From positions 1 to 48,111 of the forward strand of contig JAZSIP010000096.1 of the NCBI GenBank assembly GCA_045533915.1: a stretch of DNA of 48,111 nt, in the 5' to 3' direction. The notes under the pieces are model-generated. The model did no database searches. It was not told the DNA's origin and saw only the letters and a list, made by a program, of their open reading frames with translations. The DNA comes from Eubacteriales bacterium (GTDB taxonomy: Bacteria > Bacillota > Clostridia > Oscillospirales > CAG-272). Every line of letters begins with the position of its first letter. Position 1 is the first letter of the stretch. Made by a program: the position numbers and the translations under genes. This document shows, piece after piece, positions 35,495-44,826 of the stretch.

Positions 35495-35736
35495 CGCTTC
35501 AGGGGCTTTAACCATAGCTTCGGGGTGAAAAGCTTCACTCCAAAAGCCTTGCCACATAAGCCTTTTTGATATATTTGCATCGCAAAATCTCTATTCGCTG
35601 AACATATCGTTTTGAGTTTTGCTGAATGTATTTATTCGCAATGGAGATGATTACTATATAATTATCATATCTTAAACGTGAAATAAAGCAAAATCTGATC
35701 CACTATCTCCAAAAAAGCAGATGATAAGATTTCAAA

Positions 35737-36642
35737 TTATTTGCTTCTACCTTTCGCATTGGAAAGCCATATACTGCCGCTGATGAGCAGGAAGGCGATC
35801 AGATACTGTATCCTCCAAATGTTCTCTCCCAATATCAGCGCGCCGAAGATGCAGGCGAATACGGGTTCAGCAAACTTGATGATAAAGAGCTTGGAAAGCT
35901 CCCCATTCTTAACAATACCAAACCAGATACAATAACTTACTATGGAGGCACTACAGATATAGGCCATGATCAGCAGCGAGGAATCCCACCGAAAATGCAC
36001 GTTTCCACCCATCGCAAATCCGACTGCAAGCAGTACGATGCCGCCGAAAAGTTGTGAGATACCTGTTGAAGTGATTGGTGATACTTTCACGAACACCTTT
36101 TTGCTGATCACGTTGGAAAAGACCGTACAAAACGAAGCGCAGAGGATCAGAAGGTCGCCCAAAGCAAAGGAGAATCCCTCGGAGCTGATATTCAAGACAA
36201 TAATACCTAAAAAGCCTACCCCTGCGGAAACGATCTTTTTGACGGTTGGTGTATCTTCCTTGATAAATAAAAATGAAAAGCAAACGTAAAAAAGTGCGCC
36301 CACTTGCTTTATAAGAGCGGTTTTCGCGCTGTCGGTCAACTCCAAGCCAAGATAGGTAAATCCGTAATGAAGAATGATGGCAAACACGCCCGACAGTAAA
36401 ATAGGGATCAAGGAGGTTTTGGCAGGACGGTAAGATGCTTTGTCCTTGATGGTGGCAAAGAGGCAGATCACACCGCCGCAAATCACAAAGCGAATTCCCG
36501 CAAACAATAGAATATCGGCGGTGCTTTCAACCTCATATGCGGAAAATCCAAGCTTTACCATTGAAAAAAGCGAGCCCCACAGAAGCATGGTCAAGAGAGC
36601 GAGCCAAACGGTTTTATTCTTACTTCTCTTCATCGCACACAC
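35737..36642 (-). CDS. EamA/DMT-family transporter, last gene of the island operon
   Basis: Ten hydrophobic segments and two EamA halves. It overlaps the end of the upstream oxidoreductase gene. Confidence 0.8.
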   Translation of the reverse strand: MCAMKRSKNKTVWLALLTMLLWGSLFSMVKLGFSAYEVESTADILLFAGIRFVICGGVICLFATIKDKASYRPAKTSLIPILLSGVFAIILHYGFTYLGLELTDSAKTALIKQVGALFYVCFSFLFIKEDTPTVKKIVSAGVGFLGIIVLNISSEGFSFALGDLLILCASFCTVFSNVISKKVFVKVSPITSTGISQLFGGIVLLAVGFAMGGNVHFRWDSSLLIMAYICSASIVSYCIWFGIVKNGELSKLFIIKFAEPVFACIFGALILGENIWRIQYLIAFLLISGSIWLSNAKGRSK

Positions 36643-37606
36643 TCAAAACGACCTTGCCCACGTTCTCCCCACGTTCCAAAATAGCGTGAGCCGCCTCCGC
36701 CTCGGCAATAGGCAGTACCTTATATATAGACGGCTTGATGCTACCGTCCTCGATCTTGGACCACACGTTTTTGACCAATTCCGAAAGGATATATGCCTTG
36801 AATTCGGGAGTACGGTTGCGAAGCATACTGCCCACAAGGTGAAGTCCCTTTGTAAGGAGCGGGCGAAGCTGTACGTTCGTCTCAACACCCGCAAGGGTAG
36901 AAATGACTATCCAATAGCCGCCTCTTGCCATATAAGGCAAACTCTTGCCGAGCGTTTCTCCCGAAAGACAGTCCATAGAGACAGCTACGGGTGTGCCGTT
37001 TTCTTCCTCTGTTTTCAGAATTTCTTCAACGCACTGTGTCGTCGAATTGATGATAACGTCAGCACCGAGAGGCTTAATTTTTTCCGCGATCTCATCGGAC
37101 AATACCGAGGTGATCACTCTTGCCCCAAACGCCTTTGCCATAGGAATTGCAACAGAGGCAAGTCCGCTCGCTCCCGCGGGGATAAAGGCGGTCTGTCCAG
37201 CCTCCAGATGTCCCTCAATAAACAGATTCAAATAAGACGTCGCATATGCTTCGGGAAGTGCCGCCGCCTCGCTCATAGAAAGTCCTTTAGGGACAGGCAT
37301 CAGCATATCGTACTTGACCGCCACGTACTCTGCGTATCCGCCTCCGCCGAGAAGCGCACAGACCTTATCTCCGACCTTCCAATCAGTTACATTTTTCCCA
37401 ATCTCCTCAATAACACCCGCGATCTCAAGTCCCATCCATTCGGGACAGCCTGCGGGCGAGGGGTACTTTCCTTGCCGTTGCAAAAGATCGGCGCGGTTGA
37501 GTGCCGCCGCGTATATTTTCACGAGCACCTCGTCATCTTTTATCACGGGGTCGGCAACCTCCGACCACACGAGGTCCTTGTTTTCATTTACAAGCATTGC
37601 TTTCAT
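36620..37606 (-). CDS. NAD(P)H:quinone oxidoreductase (MDR superfamily, zeta-crystallin/PIG3-like)
   Basis: VKIYAAALNRADLLQRQGKYP and GGGGYAEYV. The start at 37606 is preceded by AGGAG. Confidence 0.85.
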   Translation of the reverse strand: MKAMLVNENKDLVWSEVADPVIKDDEVLVKIYAAALNRADLLQRQGKYPSPAGCPEWMGLEIAGVIEEIGKNVTDWKVGDKVCALLGGGGYAEYVAVKYDMLMPVPKGLSMSEAAALPEAYATSYLNLFIEGHLEAGQTAFIPAGASGLASVAIPMAKAFGARVITSVLSDEIAEKIKPLGADVIINSTTQCVEEILKTEEENGTPVAVSMDCLSGETLGKSLPYMARGGYWIVISTLAGVETNVQLRPLLTKGLHLVGSMLRNRTPEFKAYILSELVKNVWSKIEDGSIKPSIYKVLPIAEAEAAHAILERGENVGKVVLSVCDEEK

Positions 37607-37620
37607 AAACTTTTCTCCTT

Positions 37621-38688
37621 TTAATTTCTGTAAACTACCTGTCCGTCGGACACCGTTAAAACGCAACGGTATCCTTTTTGGCTTTCAATATGATTTCCCG
37701 CTTTATCGATCAAGTCAAAGCTCTCGTCCGTATAGTCAAGCACCGCAATGTCCGCAATACGTCCTATCTGCAGATATCCCCACTCATCACTCTTACCGAG
37801 TGCTTTCGCGGGATTTGAGGTGACCGCCCTAAAAATATCCGTCTCGCTCATTCCCATATATTTTGCCATACTCATACACATAGTCATGCCATAACGTCCG
37901 CCGCGCTTATATGCGCTAAACTTTGTTATGTCTGTGCTTATCACGTCGGGAATAATGCCACTCGTGAGTGCTTTTTCAAGTATCGCAAAATCGGTGTGAA
38001 CGTTACCCGCAAAGCCGACGTCAATGATAACGCCGCGCTTTTGCGCTTCTCTCATGCTCTCAAAATTATCCTCGGCGGCAGTATTTTTTCCGCCGTGAAA
38101 GGAGTGTGTAAGGATATCTCCCTTTCCAAGCGTTTCAAGTATCTCTGCCATTTTGACAGGAGAATTTGCGCAATGCACCATTACGTGCAGAGCCCTTGCG
38201 TGCGCAAACTCACAGACCTCCGAAAGAGGAGTGACGCTTTTAATATCGGACATATTCGTATCAAAATATACTTTAATACCTACCGCTTTTTCTCCGAAAA
38301 GAGACAGTCTTTCCTTTGTTTTCGTAAGATCGGCATGATCGTTTTGAAATCTCGCCTTCGCAAAAACAACATTTTTCAACATAAAGGAATCAAGCAGAGC
38401 CTTATCCCCTTTTTCTCCCGAAGCATCTGCCGCCGCCGTGACACCGAACGGAAAACAGCTCATCTCGGCCTGTGTACCGAATTTATCTGTAGAAATACCT
38501 CTCATATGCGTATGCGCGTCAACAAGCCCTACGGAAACGGTCTTTCCCGAAGCATCATAAACAAATTCGGCTTTTTCAGAAATATCGGACTCTATTTTAA
38601 CTATTCTGTCACCGTCTGTGAGAACATCGGCATAAAAGAATCCCTCTCCGTCCCACACACGACCGTTTTTAATCAATATTTTTGCCAT
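37621..38688 (-). CDS. Metal-dependent amidohydrolase-superfamily protein
   Basis: N-terminal ILIKNGRVWDG followed by GLVDAHTHM (the HxH metal motif). Confidence 0.75.
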   Translation of the reverse strand: MAKILIKNGRVWDGEGFFYADVLTDGDRIVKIESDISEKAEFVYDASGKTVSVGLVDAHTHMRGISTDKFGTQAEMSCFPFGVTAAADASGEKGDKALLDSFMLKNVVFAKARFQNDHADLTKTKERLSLFGEKAVGIKVYFDTNMSDIKSVTPLSEVCEFAHARALHVMVHCANSPVKMAEILETLGKGDILTHSFHGGKNTAAEDNFESMREAQKRGVIIDVGFAGNVHTDFAILEKALTSGIIPDVISTDITKFSAYKRGGRYGMTMCMSMAKYMGMSETDIFRAVTSNPAKALGKSDEWGYLQIGRIADIAVLDYTDESFDLIDKAGNHIESQKGYRCVLTVSDGQVVYRN

Positions 38689-39688
38689 TAAAACGCACTC
38701 CTCCGACTATCTCCGACAGTACCTTTTGCACCAAATAGTCATGTTCGTAAGTAAAGGGATTTTTCTTTGTACCCATAATATAAGCGTAAAGATCGTTTAC
38801 CATATCGTCATAACGGCAATCCCCCGAAACATTTTCGATCGGCACATCGAGGCACACGTTTTCAAACGGTCTGTCTCTGTCAAACATTTGTGTATCCGAA
38901 TAAGTCATTTTTATCGGGCGCTCAAGAGGACAGATATTAACCGTCCCTTTACTACCCGCAACCACAAGCTGACGTCTGCCGTAACCGTTGACCTCTACCG
39001 AAGAAACAAAAATACGCGCAAGTGCCTTGTCGTATTCGAGAACGGCGAGGTTATTGTCTTCAACGTCCACTCCGTCAAGTCCCGTGTGCTTTAAGAAAGA
39101 GACGATCTTCTTAGGTTCTCCAAGCAAATAAACAACAAGGTCAACTAAATGGCTACCTAAAATATACATAATACCGCCGCCAAAGTTTGTCAGCCATTTT
39201 TTATATTGGGGTCTGTGAAACGTGCTCATTTCGGCGTTGATAGAATATATCTCACCGAGATCACCGTTTCTGATATGCTCAAAGCATTCGAGAACGGCGG
39301 GATTGTAGCGGTACATATATCCCATCTGTATTACAAGCTCTTTTTCCTTTGCCGTATCAAGCACGTATTTGTATTCCTCAAGCGTTCCGCTCGCGGGCTT
39401 GTCCATATGGATATGCTTACCTGCATCGATACACATCTTTGCGTATTTTGTCAGATCCCAAACGTCGCTTTCAACAAGTATAGCGTCCGACTTTTCTATG
39501 ATCTCCTCAACGCTCATGCGCGTAAGCCCTTCGTAAGCTTTATTTTCTCCGCGTTTTTCTATCCAACGCTCGTTTTCCTCGGCATAGCCGACTATCTCGA
39601 AAAGCTCGGGAAATTTTCTTGCTCCAAGCATTTTCGATCCTCCGTGGTTATGACCGATACCTATTTGTCCAAGTCTTATTTTTTCCAT
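38669..39688 (-). CDS. Gfo/Idh/MocA-family NAD(P)-dependent oxidoreductase
   Basis: MEKIRLGQIGIGHNHG Rossmann N-terminus. The ATG at 39686-39688 overlaps the TAA of the upstream gene (TAATG coupling). Confidence 0.8.
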   Translation of the reverse strand: MEKIRLGQIGIGHNHGGSKMLGARKFPELFEIVGYAEENERWIEKRGENKAYEGLTRMSVEEIIEKSDAILVESDVWDLTKYAKMCIDAGKHIHMDKPASGTLEEYKYVLDTAKEKELVIQMGYMYRYNPAVLECFEHIRNGDLGEIYSINAEMSTFHRPQYKKWLTNFGGGIMYILGSHLVDLVVYLLGEPKKIVSFLKHTGLDGVDVEDNNLAVLEYDKALARIFVSSVEVNGYGRRQLVVAGSKGTVNICPLERPIKMTYSDTQMFDRDRPFENVCLDVPIENVSGDCRYDDMVNDLYAYIMGTKKNPFTYEHDYLVQKVLSEIVGGVRFNGKNID

Positions 39689-40692
39689 TATATGTTTCTC
39701 CAATCAAATACTGTTCCCATTGGGAAATGCGGATCATCGCATAGCTGATTAAATATTTCTGTGCAATCCTCGGGAGATACTACGCGAGACACGATAGGAG
39801 CGACCTGTACGCGTCCTGCGGCGATCATATCAAGGATAGCCTTGCAGTCGTCCTGATGCGTCCAGTGATGCGGATAGGACTCTACCTTCGGGCGAACCAA
39901 ATTATGAGCGCCTATAAGCTTGACACCGGGACGGTGCACCTGCTGATAATAATCTACCGAACAGTCAGACACACGAGTACAGCCAAGGAGCGAGATGCGT
40001 CCCATATAAGAAGCACATTCAAGTGCCTGCTTCATAGCGGCAGATACGCCCGTGACCTCAACGGTCGCGCGAACGCCCTTGCCCTTTGTCACTGCCTTTA
40101 CTTGCTCAACGAAATCGGGAGCTGACGGGTCGAAAGCATAGTCCGCGCCAAGCTTCAGGGCAAGCTCGCGGCGAGCAGGATTTAGGTCAGCGGCAATTAC
40201 GGGATAAGCACCGCTGAGACGGCAGAACTGCACGGCAAACATGCCGAGAAGTCCAAGCCCCATTATCATTGCGCTCTCGCCAAGCTCTATCTCAAGCTTA
40301 CGAACGCCGCCAAGTCCCATAGATGCGATGATAACGAACGCCGCGTCGAGAGAAGAAATGCTGTCGTCCTCGACTTTCGTTATCTCCTTAACGGTACGAA
40401 CATTATACTTCATATGCTTTCCGTGATATACGAGCACACGGTCTCCGACGGCTATATTATCAACCGCCGAGCCTACCTTTATAACGCGTCCGATTCCGCA
40501 ATAACCGAGCGTTTTCGGGAAATTATCTCCGCCCGCATTGGGCATCGCCATAATGTTAGCGCGTTCAGTACCGCCGCTGACGACAGTGTATTCCATATCG
40601 GTCAATACTTCGTCTTCCTTTAATTCGCGGACGTCTACCTCCAAAAGCTCTGCTTTGTGTTTTGCTGTAAATACGATTTGTTTGCTTTTCAT
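39688..40692 (-). CDS. MDR-family (alcohol/sorbitol dehydrogenase-like) oxidoreductase in which the canonical GHE zinc motif is replaced
   Basis: GDRVLV, the Rossmann motif MGLGLLGMFAVQF, and GYCGIG in the position of GHEGAG. Confidence 0.75.
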   Translation of the reverse strand: MKSKQIVFTAKHKAELLEVDVRELKEDEVLTDMEYTVVSGGTERANIMAMPNAGGDNFPKTLGYCGIGRVIKVGSAVDNIAVGDRVLVYHGKHMKYNVRTVKEITKVEDDSISSLDAAFVIIASMGLGGVRKLEIELGESAMIMGLGLLGMFAVQFCRLSGAYPVIAADLNPARRELALKLGADYAFDPSAPDFVEQVKAVTKGKGVRATVEVTGVSAAMKQALECASYMGRISLLGCTRVSDCSVDYYQQVHRPGVKLIGAHNLVRPKVESYPHHWTHQDDCKAILDMIAAGRVQVAPIVSRVVSPEDCTEIFNQLCDDPHFPMGTVFDWRNI

Positions 40693-40701
40693 TTTTTCAC
40701 C

Positions 40702-41517
40702 TCATATAATTTTTTTAATATTTTCAACGATAGATGCCATCGTACTAAGATCGATCTGCTCCATCGTACTTCCCTCATCATAGCGATCCACACAGAAGGC
40801 TATGTGTCCGCCCAATATCGGATTCAGAATGCGGGAAAGCATACCCGCTTTGCCGTTTACGTGATAGCTTACGGGAGTTTTTACCGCCTTTTTCAAGGCA
40901 ATCATTGTTCTTATGCTTTCTTCGAGATCATTTTGATCGTTTGCCTTTGTAACGATCTTGATTATATCGGGATTTCGTTTTTCCAGAAAAAGCGCAAGAT
41001 CGAGCACCTGCTCACAGGTCATAGGGATTCCGGGGTGACAGGACAGAAGCACCTCCGCACCCATTGAATGAACTCGCTCTATAAGGTCGCACTGCTTTGA
41101 AATGATCGATTCATCGGTTACGACCTCCTTGGGATTTCCCTTGGTAAAGGAGTATTTGTCCTCGCCAAAGAAGTCCTTTTTTGAGGGCTGATGATAGGTA
41201 TAGCCTTGTATATCTATACCTGCCGCACCCGCCTCAACCGCTCTTAAAAAGCTTTCGACACGTTCCTCCTCTGAAAATCCCGCGCCTTGCCACTCGTACG
41301 TATTATTGTAGTTAAGCGCCAAAATGGGAAGATCCGTAGAGGAAATTATCTTTTTTAAGCTTTCCGTATCGGTTTCTTCAAGACAAGACATATGCAGATC
41401 GATCATCGCCGCTCCGTCGCACATACAATTCTTTATCTGGGCGATCGCTCCGCGAACGCTTTTTTCTCTTATCACTCCAGCAAGAGCGGGAGATGTCAAT
41501 TGTGATATTTTTACCAT
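40702..41517 (-). CDS. Type I 3-dehydroquinate dehydratase-like (class I aldolase fold) protein
   Basis: The stretches AAMIDLHMSCLE, DIIKIVTKAND (Schiff-base lysine context) and NGKAGMLSRILNPILGGHIAF resemble AroD motifs. Confidence 0.55.
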   Translation of the reverse strand: MVKISQLTSPALAGVIREKSVRGAIAQIKNCMCDGAAMIDLHMSCLEETDTESLKKIISSTDLPILALNYNNTYEWQGAGFSEEERVESFLRAVEAGAAGIDIQGYTYHQPSKKDFFGEDKYSFTKGNPKEVVTDESIISKQCDLIERVHSMGAEVLLSCHPGIPMTCEQVLDLALFLEKRNPDIIKIVTKANDQNDLEESIRTMIALKKAVKTPVSYHVNGKAGMLSRILNPILGGHIAFCVDRYDEGSTMEQIDLSTMASIVENIKKII

Positions 41518-41546
41518 AATAAAACCTCCTGAATATATTTAACAAC

Positions 41547-41575
41547 ATTATAACACCTGACTTTTTTATAGTAAA
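41547..41575 (-). promoter_or_regulatory. Promoter of the six-gene island operon
   Basis: On the minus strand: TTTACT, a 17-bp spacer and TATAAT. Confidence 0.45.
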
Positions 41576-41617
41576 TATCAAATCTGCTAAAATTTGTCAA
41601 ATTTGATACATTTTTTG

Positions 41618-41646
41618 TTGACTGTTTTTGCAAATTATGTTATAAT
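41618..41646 (+). promoter_or_regulatory. Promoter of the AraC-family regulator gene
   Basis: TTGACT (41618-41623), a 17-bp spacer and TATAAT (41641-41646). An inverted repeat tatcaaat...atttgata lies just upstream. Confidence 0.5.
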
Positions 41647-41677
41647 ACATTACAAATCAATTTTAAAGGGTGATAAT

Positions 41678-42454
41678 ATGAGTTTTGAAATTTTATCAAA
41701 ATTGGTAATAACCAAGGTACACTCTGTATCAAATATGTATTCTCCTCAAAATAAGAAAGCCAAAAGAAAAGACCGTCAACGATGGGCGCTTCTTCTCAAA
41801 TATGAGGGCGAGACAGTATATACTTCAGGCGGAAAGAATTTTTTATCAAATATCAATCATATCGTTATACTGCCCAAAGGTTGCTCTTATGATTGGCTGT
41901 GCACAAAAGCGGGACATTTTTTTAGCATCGAGTTTGAAAGCGATCTTACCTATACAGAGCCTATTTCATTTTCGGTAAAAAACGGCGAAAAGATCCTCAA
42001 AATGTTCAAAGAGTTGGAACAAAAGCGAAATCTGAAAATAGAGATGTCAGAGGTTGAAAGCATTCGTGATACGTATTCGATCATACTTGCGCTTACACAA
42101 ACCGAGAGCGAACAATATCTGCCCACTGAAAAACAGCAAAAGATCGCTCCCGCCTTAGAATATATTTCTCAGCATTATAATGAAAATATCACGAATGATA
42201 CGCTTGCCGCCGTTGCGGGAATGTCAACAGTGTATTTCAGAAAGCTGTTTACAAGTATTATGGGTATATCACCTATTGCATATGCCCGCAAGCTTCGTAT
42301 AGAAAAAGCGCGGGAAATGCTCAAAAGCGACTTCGGCACTCTATCCGATGTTGCCCTTTCTCTCGGATATCCCAACCTTTACGACTTTTCAAGAGATTTC
42401 AAAAAGCATACGGGAGTCGCTCCTTCAAAGTACGAAAGCTCCATAAATTTGTAA
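41678..42454 (+). CDS. AraC-family transcriptional regulator
   Basis: The C-terminal double HTH includes NDTLAAVAGMSTVYFRKLF and LSLGYPNLYDFSRDFKKHTGVAPSKY. It is divergent from the operon. The start is at the ATG at 41678. Confidence 0.85.
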   Translation: MSFEILSKLVITKVHSVSNMYSPQNKKAKRKDRQRWALLLKYEGETVYTSGGKNFLSNINHIVILPKGCSYDWLCTKAGHFFSIEFESDLTYTEPISFSVKNGEKILKMFKELEQKRNLKIEMSEVESIRDTYSIILALTQTESEQYLPTEKQQKIAPALEYISQHYNENITNDTLAAVAGMSTVYFRKLFTSIMGISPIAYARKLRIEKAREMLKSDFGTLSDVALSLGYPNLYDFSRDFKKHTGVAPSKYESSINL

Positions 42455-42499
42455 AAAAAGTATATTTAAGTTCAATAAAGTATAAAGAAAGAGCGACCT

Positions 42500-42746
42500 T
42501 TCGGTCGCTCTTCGGTGCGTTAAAGCCTTGATTTTTCAAACGCAGAACGTAGTCCTTATAGGTCTGCTCGTCGATGTCTTCAATAGGCATTTGAGGATCG
42601 AAGTATTTAAAGAACTATGTGTAGCTTTGCTTATAGTGATTGATCGTCCCTTGCCGCAAATTCCTTTGACGACAGTATTCAAGATACTTCTCACAGCCTT
42701 CTTCAAAAGTGATTGATTTCATTGCTTTCATCTTCAGCTTTTTCAT
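42500..42746 (-). pseudogene. Decayed tyrosine recombinase/integrase: the N-terminal core-binding (SAM-like) domain only, with an in-frame TAG and truncated
   Basis: GGAGG plus an ATG at 42746. It reads MKKLKMKAMKSITFEEGCEKYLEYCRQRNLRQGTINHYKQSYT*FFKYFDPQMPIEDIDEQTYKDYVLRLKNQG, with TAG at 42615-42617. No catalytic domain follows. Confidence 0.5.
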
Positions 42747-42788
42747 CGTAAAATCCTCCGTTTAAACAAAAAAATTACCTATTTAGAG

Positions 42789-42817
42789 TTGATATTGCTG
42801 TAAAATTGTGTTATAAT
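42789..42817 (+). promoter_or_regulatory. Consensus-like promoter of the large lipoprotein gene
   Basis: TTGATA (42789-42794), a 17-bp spacer ending in TGT, and TATAAT (42812-42817). Confidence 0.5.
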
Positions 42818-42907
42818 AAACTATAACTTAAAAAAGTTAAACAATTGAGGTTTGTGTTTTTCGGCGCGCTGACTTCGGTTGGCACTCAGCTCAAAGGAGA
42901 AAAAGAA

Positions 42908-44431
42908 ATGAAAAAAATTATTTGTATTCTATGTCTTATGTGTTTGTTGCTCCCGCTACCTTCCTGCAACACAAAAGATCTCTCCGATATACCGCAGAAC
43001 GACTCTCCCGTCTCCGACACCACCGACTCACAAAATAATACACCAAAAAATCCCGAAGAGACTCAACCTCCTGCGGACACAAATACTGCTGAAAAGCTTC
43101 TTGAGGGAAAGACCGATGAGGAAAAAGCTCTCTTTATATGGGAGTATCAGCGAACCGATGATATAGTATCTTCTTACACTGCCGATATGAGCTTTTGCAT
43201 AGAAGGCACTACACAAAACGGAATTGCAGTTGAGATGAATATGACGGGAACACTTGCAGAGGCAAACCGTTCCTCAAATACTAATTTATCATATTACGAA
43301 GATTCCGAAGTGTCTTATTCCGTAGCAGGCAACGAATACCCGAAAATAGTAACAAAAATGGGTTATTCAAATGGGCGAATTTTCTTGTATACGAAAGACG
43401 GAACGTCAGAGTCAGGAATTTACGCGAGGCATTCCGTTGATGATTGGAATTCGTACAAAAAATTGAAAGCAGAAAAAGACGACCAAGATCCGCCAATTAC
43501 CAAAGAAAACTGTAACAGCTTGCGTTTTGAGCAGCTTGCAGATGGATACCGTGCGGTCTACACCGATTTTACCGAAGACGTAATGAAGCAGATCGATGAT
43601 TCATTAGGTTCGCTATCCAATCTGCTCGACCAAAAACATTCGGATATGGAGATCACCGTTGAGACAGATAGTAAGCTGCTCCCCAAAAAAATAATTATAA
43701 ATTACATATATGAGAATACGGAGGACAGCGTTACCCCAAAATGCTCTATAAGCGCGGAATATCACGATTACAATAAGGCAAAAGCTCCATCGGTTGATTT
43801 TTCCTCTTACCGAGATGTTGGAAATATTCTCGCAATAGAGCGATTTAATAAAAAAAGAGCCTCACTTACCGAAGCTTTAACGGTATCATTCTCGTATGAA
43901 GCCACTACCAAAGTAAAAAGCGACGGAACTACCGTAGCACAGGCGACTACCTCTTACAGCGTCGTAGCAGGCGACCTGTATAATAATAACGAATATTCCT
44001 TCTGCATTATAGATAAGAATTCGGACGAAATGTGGACGTATGAAAACGGTATTTACAGTTATTGTGCTAATGGCGCAGAGGTTAGCAAACAGCTGCTCTC
44101 CGAGGTTCAGGCAAGAAGCATAATTGACGAATTGATCGATACCGTTCCCATTGAGGAGACTAAAATAACTACGGCGAGAGAACCCTCAACGGGATACGAC
44201 TTTGAGCTTACCGACTTTGATATTTCAATGTTCGATTCCCTGCTTGATACGCTAGGCGCAACCAAGAACGACATAAAATCTCAAAAAGCGGTAATAAACT
44301 ATATGCATCGGTTAAACAGCGACGATTTCGGCGGCTTAGGCTGCCGGATCACAATAGAGGTTCAGACCGCTCATACCTCCTACACTATCACTCACGAAAC
44401 AGTGGTATCAAGCGTTTATTTTAATATATAA
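42908..44431 (+). CDS. Large hypothetical lipoprotein (507 aa)
   Basis: RBS aaaggag followed by an ATG at 42908. The lipobox is LPLPSC. A low-complexity Ser/Thr/Pro/Asp linker leads into a domain of unknown function. Confidence 0.6.
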   Translation: MKKIICILCLMCLLLPLPSCNTKDLSDIPQNDSPVSDTTDSQNNTPKNPEETQPPADTNTAEKLLEGKTDEEKALFIWEYQRTDDIVSSYTADMSFCIEGTTQNGIAVEMNMTGTLAEANRSSNTNLSYYEDSEVSYSVAGNEYPKIVTKMGYSNGRIFLYTKDGTSESGIYARHSVDDWNSYKKLKAEKDDQDPPITKENCNSLRFEQLADGYRAVYTDFTEDVMKQIDDSLGSLSNLLDQKHSDMEITVETDSKLLPKKIIINYIYENTEDSVTPKCSISAEYHDYNKAKAPSVDFSSYRDVGNILAIERFNKKRASLTEALTVSFSYEATTKVKSDGTTVAQATTSYSVVAGDLYNNNEYSFCIIDKNSDEMWTYENGIYSYCANGAEVSKQLLSEVQARSIIDELIDTVPIEETKITTAREPSTGYDFELTDFDISMFDSLLDTLGATKNDIKSQKAVINYMHRLNSDDFGGLGCRITIEVQTAHTSYTITHETVVSSVYFNI

Positions 44432-44440
44432 TAAACGAAA

Positions 44441-44478
44441 AGCACACCGCAAAAGATCACTTTATGCGGTGTGCTTTA
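44441..44478 (+). terminator. Terminator hairpin after the lipoprotein gene
   Basis: An 11-bp stem agcacaccgca/tgcggtgtgct. Confidence 0.45.
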
Positions 44479-44480
44479 AT

Positions 44481-44531
44481 ATCGGACACATCACAAGAGC
44501 GAAAGCCCAAAATGATGTGTCCGATTTTTTG
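44481..44531 (+). terminator. Strong hairpin terminator inside repeat C2
   Basis: A 13-bp stem atcggacacatca/tgatgtgtccgat followed by tttttt. Confidence 0.6.
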
Positions 44532-44826
44532 TTTTTAATGATTTGCAATCTGCGATTGCATGAATTGATGCTTGCGCATCATGATTTCTCGCGGAATTGC
44601 TTCGCAATTCGACGCTCCATGATTTGAATTGCCCTTAATGCGCCGCAGCGCAATTCATGGCGTTAGCCAATTCATGACAACGAAGTTGTCAAATCATGCC
44701 CGTCAGGGCAATTCATTGCGGTCGCAATAAGCTTATTTCGAAGCTTCCTCTATTGCAACTGCAACTGCGACCGTCATTCCCACCATGGGGTTGTTACCTG
44801 CGCCGATGAGTCCCATCAACTCAACG
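44481..44826. repeat. Right copy (C2) of the ~350-bp direct repeat. It includes the functional 3' end of the GGGtGRT gene.
   Basis: Aligns colinearly with 35137-35494. Confidence 0.8.

Noticed and set aside
35281-35511. A 76-aa ORF inside repeat copy C1
   Set aside because: It lies in the hairpin-dense spacer and the decayed gene end. It has no RBS, and the equivalent frame is not open in repeat copy C2.
42399-42716. The track ORFs 42399..42590 (-) and 42528..42716 (+) as independent small genes
   Set aside because: The minus-strand ORF is simply the part of the decayed integrase reading frame that lies after its in-frame TAG. The plus-strand ORF is its antisense shadow.
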